Positions 34,454 through 43,462 of a DNA stretch of 64,000 nt are shown piece after piece. The stretch lies in IMG/VR virus record IMGVR_UViG_3300037461_001375; one strand, written 5' to 3'. The notes under the pieces were generated by a model that had not been told where the DNA came from, did no database searches, and saw nothing but the letters and a program-made list of their open reading frames with translations. The DNA comes from an uncultured virus (IMG/VR IMGVR_UViG_3300037461_001375) (taxonomy: Duplodnaviria; Heunggongvirae; Uroviricota; Caudoviricetes). The translations under genes were made by a program, and so were the position numbers. Each line of letters opens with the position of its first letter. Within the stretch, counting starts at the first letter, position 1.

Positions 34454-34964
34454 CGAAGCGCACTCCGTATTTGATTGCCATTTGCGCTCGACATCGACCG
34501 CAGTCCTCTTCTATGCGGAGCAGCTTTTGTTTTACCTCTTGGGAGTGTTCCCATATTGACTGCTCAGTAGGCCACAACTTGAGTCGTGGGATTGCTTCTA
34601 TGGCAGAGGAAGCTGCCCATACAGAAAAAATTACCCGTACAAGAACGGCTACTGATCTAACCCAATGTATCAGAGACCACTCAGTATTCCCGTGCAGTAA
34701 GTTCCAATAAATAAAACCAAGAGAAAGCTGGCAGGCAGCATCTGAAAAAAGAAAAAGGCCGAGAGCCAAAAGTGCAATTCCAATATCGTTTGGCCCACGT
34801 CTAAGCCATCCAGCATACAACAATACTAAGGCTACAACGAAACATGCAGTACCACTAAGCCAATAGCTTCCGAGTGTGATGCCAAACCAAGGAGGAGGAA
34901 GATCTACAGGAAAGTTAACAGCAGCACTAGACGACGACACTTCAATAAACATATTACCGTTCAT
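34431..34964 (-). CDS. 3-TM membrane protein resembling an ethylene-receptor-type sensor domain
   Basis: three TM helices ending SVWAA..AI..IP.L..WPT followed by a coil. Confidence 0.5.
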   Translation of the reverse strand: MNGNMFIEVSSSSAAVNFPVDLPPPWFGITLGSYWLSGTACFVVALVLLYAGWLRRGPNDIGIALLALGLFLFSDAACQLSLGFIYWNLLHGNTEWSLIHWVRSVAVLVRVIFSVWAASSAIEAIPRLKLWPTEQSIWEHSQEVKQKLLRIEEDCGRCRAQMAIKYGVRFDDSSPPE

Positions 34965-35206
34965 TGTAGTCCCTTGTGCTTATCAGTTTCGCTTGGAGAT
35001 TGCATGTTTTTGTCTCCAGCGTGAATCATTCCGGCCAAACCAAGTAGCAGAGGCAAAACCCACCTTGGAGCTTCGGGAAAAGAATCAGCAACAATTCCGG
35101 CAGAAATAAGTAGTATAGATCTGGCGATGCGCTCAAAAAACGATTGGTTAGACCACAGGCGTAAAAGAAATTCGTACATTTTTAGCCCTTGAACCAATGA
35201 TAGCAT
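34961..35206 (-). CDS. small 2-TM holin-like protein
   Basis: two hydrophobic helices, charged C-tail, start of the lysis cassette (start possibly 35179). Confidence 0.5.
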   Translation of the reverse strand: MLSLVQGLKMYEFLLRLWSNQSFFERIARSILLISAGIVADSFPEAPRWVLPLLLGLAGMIHAGDKNMQSPSETDKHKGLQ

Positions 35207-35231
35207 ACATAATAAAGCAAGGAAACAACAT

Positions 35232-36419
35232 TTATAGAATTTCTCGCCAACCGATACAGCCTAAAGCGTCAGCGTTCACTGAGCCAGAACCAAGAGGCAT
35301 AAAACACAAAGCTAAAATATCAGCAGTTCCATCAATTTTTGCTCCAGCTCGCAATGTTGACTTAAAGTTTAATTGCCCAGATACAGCCGATTGCATGTAC
35401 CCATATTGTCCGTAAATATCAACACCTCCTGTTACAGTATTAGCAGTAGCACCAACTGTAGTTTCAACACAAGAGTTTGCTTTTGATGTCCAGCTTGGTG
35501 TGCCAGCAATAGTTGGGTTCAGAAGCAAAGACCAAAAAAAGTTATCATTCGTCAAAGAAATCACACTAGCAGATTGCAGTGAAATAATTCCGTCTAAGTG
35601 TGTTGACTTCAGTCTGATTGCAGCAAGCAAATAGTTTGTTCCAGCAGTAGTAGCATCTACATGTGTAATTCCATTGGAGTGAAATCGGAGAATTCCAGTT
35701 TCATCCGTGCCACCTTCCGTAAAACATCCACAACAAATCTGCGTCATTGAGCCTGCGCCACCAGTCGACTCAATTTCGTAGCGCAGTGGGAGATTCGACC
35801 TGAGCATGTAAGGTCCAACTTCCCGATTTGCGTGTAAATTTTGATCTAAGTAAAAAGGTTGACCGTCAACGTTCACACCCCAACGTACTCGGCCCAAAGC
35901 TAAGTATTGAAAGTCAAAAAACAAGATTTGGCTCTTTGTCCAATCAATAATCACCGGGTCTGTAAATCCACGAGAAATACTTTCGGCGTATACCGCAAAT
36001 GGATTCAATTCTGTGTAGCTATCAACGCCACCTTTGCGAATGAACCCAAAGGCAGCTCCGTCTCGCATTTCAAATCCAATTCCATTATTCGCATCGAAGT
36101 AGCCACAACGTTTTATTACGCCGTCTTCTGGTGCAAGAGTACCTGTCATTTCTATGAGTTTGCTCTTACCGGGTTGGTACAGAAAGCGCATAAAAGTTTG
36201 TCTGACAACGGAGTCTCCCGATTCAGTAACACTCATGGTTACTTCGGAATCGGAAACAACTGAAGACGCCCCAGAACCCGTTACTACCTCATCCCAAAAA
36301 AGAGGTTGCTTGTCATGAGACATCTTCGAATCAAAGTCAGTGTTGTTGCTGGAAATGCGCAGTCGAGAAAATGCGTCAACATTTGGTCCGTCAAAAAAAC
36401 TTACAGCTTGAACTGACAT
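35232..36419 (-). CDS. putative virion structural protein (beta-rich)
   Basis: DAFSRLRIS..., VRQT...YQPGK, RVRWG, NLPLRYEI motifs of a conserved phage protein; GAGG RBS. Confidence 0.65.
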   Translation of the reverse strand: MSVQAVSFFDGPNVDAFSRLRISSNNTDFDSKMSHDKQPLFWDEVVTGSGASSVVSDSEVTMSVTESGDSVVRQTFMRFLYQPGKSKLIEMTGTLAPEDGVIKRCGYFDANNGIGFEMRDGAAFGFIRKGGVDSYTELNPFAVYAESISRGFTDPVIIDWTKSQILFFDFQYLALGRVRWGVNVDGQPFYLDQNLHANREVGPYMLRSNLPLRYEIESTGGAGSMTQICCGCFTEGGTDETGILRFHSNGITHVDATTAGTNYLLAAIRLKSTHLDGIISLQSASVISLTNDNFFWSLLLNPTIAGTPSWTSKANSCVETTVGATANTVTGGVDIYGQYGYMQSAVSGQLNFKSTLRAGAKIDGTADILALCFMPLGSGSVNADALGCIGWREIL

Positions 36420-36440
36420 TTTGTTTCCTCCGAATAATCT

Positions 36441-38930
36441 TTAGCCTGTCGGGAGACAGACCGCGTTGTCAATCAGCTCGCAGCCTTCCGGACACGTCCA
36501 CGGCGGGTCCTGTAGCGACGGGTCCACGCAGTCGGCCCCCGTGCCGCAATCGCAACAGCCGAAGAGCGGCGTTGGCGTCAACGTGGGCGTCGGAGTTGCA
36601 GTCTCCGCTGGCGTGTCAGTTGCCGTGGCCGTAGCGGTCGGCGTGTTGGTCGGCGTTCCAGTGTCCGTTGGCGTTGGCGTTGGCGTTGGCGTGGCCGGGA
36701 AATACCACACGTCAAGCCGTGGGGCCTTGGTGGGCGTTCGCACTCCCTCGAACTGATAATTCGACACGTCAGCGTACCACCCAGAGTACTCGTCGTTCTC
36801 GTGACTGACACGAAAGCGCGTATACCCAGTCCTGCTCACATGATCGTCTGCATCGGCCAAGCTCAGATGCACGGAACCAGTGTCCCACAGCCACTTTGAG
36901 TCAACTCCGGCGTTGGCGTCCGCCGGTGCGTCATCGTCCCACGATAGCCCTGCGTCACAGGTCCCGCCCCAGTCGTGCCAGTCGGCGATAACATCATGGC
37001 CGGGAGCCGGAACAAATCCACTCGCATAATGATCGCCGTTCAAAGCGGCCCCAGTTACGGTTGCGTCGTCAGGTAGCGCGGACGTGTCGAACTGGGCCAG
37101 CAGGTTGTGAATGAAGTCCGAATACGAGATGAAGTTGTTGAACCCGCGCAGCGCCGAGATGTAGTTGGAGGACGGAGTTGGCTCACAGTATGGCGTATTC
37201 TCTGGCTCAGGGGGGTAGGGAGTAGCCCACCCACTCTTGACAACAACCCGCAAATCGCCAAGCGCAGCGAAGAATGAAGTTTTCGTCCCCTCCGGCGTGG
37301 GGGTGATCGTCCACGTCGGAGTATCGGTCACGGTTGGCGTGACCGTGGGCGTATGCGTCAGCGTGGCGGTGGGCGTGTGGGTCGGCGTGGCGGTGGGCGT
37401 GCGGGTCGGCGTCGAAGTAGGCGGCACGACCTCGATGCACAGCTCAAGTTCGTGAAGATTGTTCTGCACAGAGTCTTGCGTGAGGCACATTGCGTGCCAC
37501 TGCGAGGTTGGCGCCGAGTAGTCGCTAGACCTGAGGCCGAACCGAAACCTGTTCAGGCTCCCGGGAGTCACGAGCGACGGGTCGAGGTCGAAAATCTGGA
37601 CCGTATAGTTTGTCAGCCCCAGCACACTCCACGAATCGTCGTAGCCCGGATTTATCGCTCCAGAGTAGTCCGAAGTGTCCGCAGTCCCTCCCCAGTCGTA
37701 AACGTCAACGCCCAGCACGTTGTCGGGACAAGTGGAGCCCATAGTCGAACAGGAGATTCGGCCCACGAAATACGCCTTCAGAACGGTTAAGGACGAGGCG
37801 ACTGAGGTTGCATCGAACTCGAATAGGGCCTCCCTTACGGAATAGGTCCCGGACACGTAGTAGTTGAGATTCGGTACGCCGAAGCCGTGGTTTCCGAACG
37901 AGTCGTAAGGGCAATACACGTCGCTCGGGTAACTGTCGCCTACCGAACTGGCGGCCGGTAGATATGTGGACCCGTCGCCACGCACCCAACCGTAATCGCT
38001 CACCGGGAAGCAGTATTGGCTCGCCCCCGCGTTGACTGGCGTATGCGTACGGGTGGGCGTGCTGGTTTGGGTCGGCGTGATCGTCGGCGTGGGCGTGATC
38101 GTCGGCGTGGGCGTAATCGTCGGCGCAACTTCGGTGCGAACGCATTCGCCTTCCGGATCGTAACAGGGCTGAGGCGTCGGTGTTGGAGTTAAGGTCGGGG
38201 TGTTCGTTGGCGTTGGCGTGCAGGTTTGGGCCGGAGGAGTCCAAATTATCCGCAGCTTCACCTCGTCCGGGGTCCCGGCCAGTGGACCTCGGAAGTTCTG
38301 ATCCTTTTCGGGCGTTGGCGTCGGGTTGGGCGTCCGGTCGTCCACCTGCCACAACTTGATCCCAATCGGAGTCGTAGTTGCGATTGGGAGAAGGCCTTCG
38401 ATCGACGTGACGAGATCGGCCGTTTCGCCCCAAGCCGTGGCTACGAAATTCCCAACCGCGCTCGGTCCCGTGAAAGCAGACGTCGAGTTTGCAACGCAAG
38501 CGGGACCTCCGGGGGAGGCCCACGCCAAGGTAGCCTCACCTATGCAGTGCGACCACGTTGCGTATTGCTCCGAATAGTAATCAAGGCACTCCGTCCACCG
38601 GCACGCATAATTCGAGGAGGCACCCCCAGTGACCGTGCTCACGTCTGGCACCTGAAGCTCAATCAACGTGATATTTGCCCCGCAGGGGATGGCCGAAAGG
38701 TTGAACGTCGAAAGGGATCGGTAAGTGGAAAGCCCCCCGTTTTTCGTGTCCGGAGAAACCCCGACGTCAATGGTGGTCATACTGTTCGAGGAGGTCCCCG
38801 CGTTAAGCAGTAGGGAGCTTTCCTTGTCGGACGTGAAAGTTTGCTCCGCAGCTCGCACGTCGGCCCTCAGCACGCACAGTGCAATCCAAACCAGACAGAC
38901 AGTCTTAGTCGTGGAGGACCTGAACGACAT
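36441..38930 (-). CDS. exported multidomain protein with three DNRLRE-like beta-sandwich domains and Pro/Thr linkers
   Basis: signal peptide; FNLSAIPCGANIT, FDATSVASSLTV, FDTSALPDDATVT; (TP)n linkers; Cys-rich C-terminus. Confidence 0.7.
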   Translation of the reverse strand: MSFRSSTTKTVCLVWIALCVLRADVRAAEQTFTSDKESSLLLNAGTSSNSMTTIDVGVSPDTKNGGLSTYRSLSTFNLSAIPCGANITLIELQVPDVSTVTGGASSNYACRWTECLDYYSEQYATWSHCIGEATLAWASPGGPACVANSTSAFTGPSAVGNFVATAWGETADLVTSIEGLLPIATTTPIGIKLWQVDDRTPNPTPTPEKDQNFRGPLAGTPDEVKLRIIWTPPAQTCTPTPTNTPTLTPTPTPQPCYDPEGECVRTEVAPTITPTPTITPTPTITPTQTSTPTRTHTPVNAGASQYCFPVSDYGWVRGDGSTYLPAASSVGDSYPSDVYCPYDSFGNHGFGVPNLNYYVSGTYSVREALFEFDATSVASSLTVLKAYFVGRISCSTMGSTCPDNVLGVDVYDWGGTADTSDYSGAINPGYDDSWSVLGLTNYTVQIFDLDPSLVTPGSLNRFRFGLRSSDYSAPTSQWHAMCLTQDSVQNNLHELELCIEVVPPTSTPTRTPTATPTHTPTATLTHTPTVTPTVTDTPTWTITPTPEGTKTSFFAALGDLRVVVKSGWATPYPPEPENTPYCEPTPSSNYISALRGFNNFISYSDFIHNLLAQFDTSALPDDATVTGAALNGDHYASGFVPAPGHDVIADWHDWGGTCDAGLSWDDDAPADANAGVDSKWLWDTGSVHLSLADADDHVSRTGYTRFRVSHENDEYSGWYADVSNYQFEGVRTPTKAPRLDVWYFPATPTPTPTPTDTGTPTNTPTATATATDTPAETATPTPTLTPTPLFGCCDCGTGADCVDPSLQDPPWTCPEGCELIDNAVCLPTG

Positions 38931-39645
38931 CGCGAATTGAAAAGCCTGCGTCCAAGTAGGAATCGTGCGCGCTCGAATCTATCACCAGCCGACGAGCCCG
39001 CTGGACGTACCGGGACCCGAAGCTGTCGTTGAACTCCGCGCCGGGACCCAACGTCTTCCGAATTGTCACTCCGTCCGGCATATAGCTGTGGATGATGTTG
39101 ACGAGGGTGGGATTATTTTCACCGACGTCTAGATGCACTCGACGCACCCCTAGCTCTCGCCCCTTCTTCCCGGCCGCGAAGACGAGCACCCCAAGCGCAA
39201 TGATCTTGTCGAACCCATGCAAGTCGTTCGCGCGGATAACGCCCATCTCCAAACGGAACCCGTCCGGGTCTATGGTCTGATTCTTGGCCGCACTTCCCGG
39301 TGGACCAAGGTCGCCAATCGAGATGAACCCCATCGGCTCGTCACGCAGCAAGACGACCTGCGAATTAAACCACTGCTCCAGCAGTCCGCGCATCTGCTCC
39401 ACGGAAATCGGCCGGGAGTTTTCGATGCCGTGCGGGAACACTCCCAACGCTCGCGTCTGCTCGTAAGCGGCGGCCAGATACGGAGCGTCAGCCTCGGGCT
39501 GCACCGTGCGAAAGGACCAGTCCCGGCGCGGCGAGTAGCTGCCTCGCGGGACCTGCGCCCACGTGATCCACGGCGCCGTCGTTGTCGCAATCACGGCACC
39601 AGTTGCGGTCCTCAAAAAGTCGCGCCTGTTCATATCAGCCTCCAA
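38905..39645 (-). CDS. Tat-signal protein with degenerate GNAT-like fold
   Basis: MNRRDFL twin-arginine motif; RELGVRRVHLDVGENN GNAT-like C-terminal strand. Confidence 0.55.
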   Translation of the reverse strand: MEADMNRRDFLRTATGAVIATTTAPWITWAQVPRGSYSPRRDWSFRTVQPEADAPYLAAAYEQTRALGVFPHGIENSRPISVEQMRGLLEQWFNSQVVLLRDEPMGFISIGDLGPPGSAAKNQTIDPDGFRLEMGVIRANDLHGFDKIIALGVLVFAAGKKGRELGVRRVHLDVGENNPTLVNIIHSYMPDGVTIRKTLGPGAEFNDSFGSRYVQRARRLVIDSSAHDSYLDAGFSIRDVVQVLHD

Positions 39646-39649
39646 TGCG

Positions 39650-41164
39650 TCACGAGCTGCACGTTGGAATTGCCGTAGGCGTCGGGATCGGAGTCGCGTA
39701 CGTCACGTAGTCGATGCTGAGGTAGGGGTTGGAAGTGGCCCGAGTCCATCCCACGTACTCGGTAACTCCGTCTGTCGGATCTGTACCGGCAAGGTCCCTC
39801 GAAGAAACAAGAACGAGCTGGTTCCGGAATGAGATATTTGACGCGCCGGTCATCGGACGAAAATATGCCGTGTCCAACGAGATCGAGTTCCAGCCTGAGA
39901 CAATCGACGACGTGGCAAAACTCGCCGCCGGGTTGGTGCAGTTCACGCTGTAAAGCGGATGAACGAAGTGTGCGTCGCACGCATCGCCAGTTGACGTGGA
40001 AAGAGGCCCGAATTGCGCCACCGCCACGCACATATTGAAGTCCGTGGTGCTGTTGTCGGTGTAGAGGTAAAGGTACAGGGTTACAGCGGTTGGAAGGTAT
40101 GCGAGGAAGTCTTTCGAGGCCAGCTCGAAGTTCAAATACCCACGATTGACAGTGCGGGTCGTACCGGACCTGTTCATCCCCACGAAGACGTAGGTCGTGC
40201 TGGCCCCTCCGTCACAGACCGTTCGAGCATTAGCCAACGTGCCTTGGCCATAAATGTACCCGGAGTAAGTGTTGACCAGTTGCGTGAACGTCGGGTCGAT
40301 CACGTACGGATACGCTTCGGCCGGAAGCGCCGAGTCGTCGACGTCGATCGCGTAGCGCAGCGGCGACGTCAGCACGGTCCACTGAACCGCCGCGTCAGGT
40401 ATAGGAAGTTTATCTGCCCCGAGGATAACTGGCCGGGACATACGCCAGCCGTTCGGTGCGACGAGATCACCGCTTCCCTCCTCGACGACAGCGGCTTCCA
40501 TCGTGCCCAGAAGCTGCACCGGGAAGCTGTACCGCTTCGGCCCACGGGATGCCGTCACCGGGTCCGAGCGCAGCTCGACTGAATCCGGCCTGATAATCCA
40601 GTGCCAGTCCAGAGACTGGCGCGTCACGGTGCAGCGATGGGTCGCCAGATTGCAATCTGGCCGGGACTGCTCCAGCCACCGAACGCCCCAGCCCTCGTCC
40701 CGGTCGCCAATCGCAATGCCGTTGTCGCCGATGCGGAGGTCGTACAGAAGCCGATCGTACCGACGTTCTGCTCCATCGAGCCGAGACTGCAATCTGGCCC
40801 TACGCCAGATGTTTCGCGCCTTGTCGCGGTAGTTGGTTGGTCCAGCAGAAAAGATGGCCCGACGGGCACGATCTCCGCGCCGCTCAAAGACGTACGAGTT
40901 TTCCTCGCGATACTCGGGCAGCTCGTCCCACTGCCCGTCTTCCATCTGGTATTCGCTTGGCGCGACCGTTGGTTCCGAGTCGACCTCCGGCGTGGGGGTG
41001 GGAGTCGACTGGGCGACGCTCAGCAGCGGCACCAGCAGAGCGCAGACAGGCAGAACAGTACGGCAGAACCGAAAAAAAAGATCAAAGGTTCCAGATGTGC
41101 GCCGTGAAGTTTCATGTGAGGATTCCATTCTCCCCCCGGTTGAGGCCCGCTCCCCAGCAGGCAT
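39650..41164 (-). CDS. exported protein with WapA/RHS-type N-terminal region and DNRLRE-like domain
   Basis: hydrophobic signal LLVPLLSVAQ, YPYVIDPT, RGYLNFEL; paralogous to 41167-42852. Confidence 0.65.
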   Translation of the reverse strand: MPAGERASTGGRMESSHETSRRTSGTFDLFFRFCRTVLPVCALLVPLLSVAQSTPTPTPEVDSEPTVAPSEYQMEDGQWDELPEYREENSYVFERRGDRARRAIFSAGPTNYRDKARNIWRRARLQSRLDGAERRYDRLLYDLRIGDNGIAIGDRDEGWGVRWLEQSRPDCNLATHRCTVTRQSLDWHWIIRPDSVELRSDPVTASRGPKRYSFPVQLLGTMEAAVVEEGSGDLVAPNGWRMSRPVILGADKLPIPDAAVQWTVLTSPLRYAIDVDDSALPAEAYPYVIDPTFTQLVNTYSGYIYGQGTLANARTVCDGGASTTYVFVGMNRSGTTRTVNRGYLNFELASKDFLAYLPTAVTLYLYLYTDNSTTDFNMCVAVAQFGPLSTSTGDACDAHFVHPLYSVNCTNPAASFATSSIVSGWNSISLDTAYFRPMTGASNISFRNQLVLVSSRDLAGTDPTDGVTEYVGWTRATSNPYLSIDYVTYATPIPTPTAIPTCSS

Positions 41165-41166
41165 TG

Positions 41167-42852
41167 TTATGCTTCACCTTCGTAATAGATCGTCGCCGTG
41201 GCCGTGACAGCAGGAGATGGCGTCACCGTTACGCACTGATAAGCTGGCGTCAACGTGAACGACGGCGTAGCAGTGAAAGTTGGCGTTGATGTCGGCGTTG
41301 GCGTGGCCGTGAACGTGGGCGTGAACGTGGCCGTACTCGTTGCCGTGGGCGTGATCGTAGGCGTTGGTGTAATCGTTGGCGTGTGAGTCGGCGTGGCCGT
41401 TGGCACCCCAGTCCATGTCGGCGTAAACGTGGGTGTTTCGGTCGGCGTCCGGGTTGGCGTTGGCGTGTGAGTCGGCGTGGCCGTTGGCGTTGAGGTGGGG
41501 GTAGAGGTGGGAGTCGCCGTGGCCGTGGGCGTCGGCGTGTCGGAAATCGTGTACTCCAAGATGAGCTGCGGCTCAGTGTAGCTGGCGTGATCGTACGAGG
41601 CCCACCGCACCTCGGTAGTTAGCGACTGCTCGTTGCCCGAGATGTGACTCCGGAGATACGTCGTCCCAGTCCGGGACACGTACGTGTCCCCATTGCTCAA
41701 CGTGAAATCGTGACTGCCGGTCGGAAGGTCCACAACGGCCGTCCCGGAATGCGCGTTCGTGCCAGCCGTGGCTGTGAAGTCATCGCTACCGCACGATGCG
41801 CCCCAATCGAACCAGTCCATCGTGATGGAACGGCTGGAGCCGTAATCAACTCGCGTCAGGATGTAGACCCGCAACGTGGCCGACGAGATCGTTGCGCCAT
41901 CGTCGAGGCCAGACGTGTCCCACTTCATCAGCCCGCTCAGAGCGTAGTAGTTCGGCGCCCCGTCCAGATACTTTTCCGTGCGCACCTCGGTCCCGGTAGA
42001 CCCCACGCACTGGTAGTAAGACACGGGCCACGAGGACCCGCGACCCATCACCGTGTTATCGTCCGCGCTGGCAGAAACGGAAAACGTCGTCGATGGGTCG
42101 ACTTCATACGGATACGCCTCTGGCGGCAAGGCCGAATCGTCGAAGGTCCAAACCAGCTCGCCAGCCGACATCTCCCAGCCGGAATCTTCCGGCGTGTAGT
42201 CGCGGCCGTTGGCGCCCGTCACGGTCGGCGCTGAGATGCCGAATGCGGTCGCCCTGACGCCACGTCCGGCTCGACGCAACGCCCCGGGAGAGCCGAACGT
42301 CTTGAACCGCACCCGATACGTGTGGATCCCTCGCGGCTCCGCGATCTCGCAGGACCAACGCAGGCCACGCCGCGTGAGGTCGTATCGGCAAGGCACGTCG
42401 CCGTCCCGATACGACGCTCGCGCGCCAGATGCGGTCGGCCGTTCGCCGAGGAGGTAGACGATCCCGGCCGTCTGCGCGCGGTCTGCCACGGCCACGCATC
42501 CCGCCACTCCGGCACGGACCGGACACGGCCCTTGCCCTGCGCCGAGCAGTCGAGCCCGGAACGGAAGCTCGTCGGCCGCGTCTTCTCCGTTCGCCTTCTT
42601 CGCCCACGCGAGCCGCGGCTTCTGCCACTGCCCGGTCTCGTCCTTGAAGTGCAGGTCGGAACCGAACACGGTGCGGCGTCGGCCTTCAGCCAGCCAGTAC
42701 GTAGCAGAGTCTCGCGTGCGCAGGCTCACGATTTCCTCTGGCTCGTCTTGTGGCTGGCCGAGCGCTCGATGCACAGCAAGTGCCACCAGCCCTCCAAAAA
42801 GAAGGGCAAGCACCACAGTAGCCACAACATTTCGGAACTGGACTTCACTCAC
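41167..42852 (-). CDS. exported protein with WapA/RHS-type N-terminal region, DNRLRE-like domain and long Pro/Thr tail
   Basis: signal peptide, EIVSLRT..S.TY, HFKD...[37 protein letters not shown]. Confidence 0.7.
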   Translation of the reverse strand: MSEVQFRNVVATVVLALLFGGLVALAVHRALGQPQDEPEEIVSLRTRDSATYWLAEGRRRTVFGSDLHFKDETGQWQKPRLAWAKKANGEDAADELPFRARLLGAGQGPCPVRAGVAGCVAVADRAQTAGIVYLLGERPTASGARASYRDGDVPCRYDLTRRGLRWSCEIAEPRGIHTYRVRFKTFGSPGALRRAGRGVRATAFGISAPTVTGANGRDYTPEDSGWEMSAGELVWTFDDSALPPEAYPYEVDPSTTFSVSASADDNTVMGRGSSWPVSYYQCVGSTGTEVRTEKYLDGAPNYYALSGLMKWDTSGLDDGATISSATLRVYILTRVDYGSSRSITMDWFDWGASCGSDDFTATAGTNAHSGTAVVDLPTGSHDFTLSNGDTYVSRTGTTYLRSHISGNEQSLTTEVRWASYDHASYTEPQLILEYTISDTPTPTATATPTSTPTSTPTATPTHTPTPTRTPTETPTFTPTWTGVPTATPTHTPTITPTPTITPTATSTATFTPTFTATPTPTSTPTFTATPSFTLTPAYQCVTVTPSPAVTATATIYYEGEA

Positions 42853-43462
42853 CCTCTACCTCAAAAGTCCAAATTCCGGCGTCGCGGCCAGCTTCGAGCA
42901 TTCGATTTTGATTTTCTTCTAACGTAGATATTCGAGAGTGAATATATTCAGCTTCTGCTGACGTTGCATCTCTAAAGCTTTCGAGAGAATCTGAAGTATC
43001 AGAACACGAAGCCAAAAAAATTAAACAAATTGTTGCCAAACCAAGAGCTAGTCGCAAGTAGTCAATTATATCTGAATTCCATAAAAGTTCTAGCTCTAAG
43101 TAGAAAGCAACGGTTAGACCGGCTTTCTCGCTTTCACTATCGGAGATGGAGGCCCCTTCCTCGACGTAGATTCGCAATTCGTCTCCATCATGCAATCCGA
43201 CAGTGCCACCTTCAGTCAAAGTTCGTGTAGTTGTAGCTGATATGTTTGAGTAACCAGTAATGTCAGTCCACTCTGCATCGTCTCTCGTACGTCGCTGTAC
43301 TCTAAACGTTGCAGTTCCGGATCCTCGCACGACGTGTTCAATACGTCGAAGTCTCGCCTTGTGCCCCTCCGCGACCGGAATGAAAATAGCTTGAGAAGCA
43401 TAGTCGGCCGGATTGCCAACGAGCAGCAAGGACCGGCCGTGCTGGAAGGTCAGAGCGCTCAT
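42845..43462 (-). CDS. tail-fibre-associated hypothetical protein
   Basis: N-domain (GDELRI) resembles the C-domain of 46878-47642 (GDVLRL); internal hydrophobic helix. Confidence 0.55.
   Translation of the reverse strand: MSALTFQHGRSLLLVGNPADYASQAIFIPVAEGHKARLRRIEHVVRGSGTATFRVQRRTRDDAEWTDITGYSNISATTTRTLTEGGTVGLHDGDELRIYVEEGASISDSESEKAGLTVAFYLELELLWNSDIIDYLRLALGLATICLIFLASCSDTSDSLESFRDATSAEAEYIHSRISTLEENQNRMLEAGRDAGIWTFEVEGE

Noticed and set aside
36560..41540. Many ggcgttggcgt/ggcgtg tandem units that could suggest a CRISPR array or VNTR
   Set aside because: They encode Pro/Thr linkers within ORFs; there is no constant repeat with unique spacers and no cas genes
37705..42927. Numerous overlapping alternative-frame ORFs in the GC-rich island
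   Set aside because: Expected from stop-codon scarcity at high GC; the main frames carry the recognisable domains
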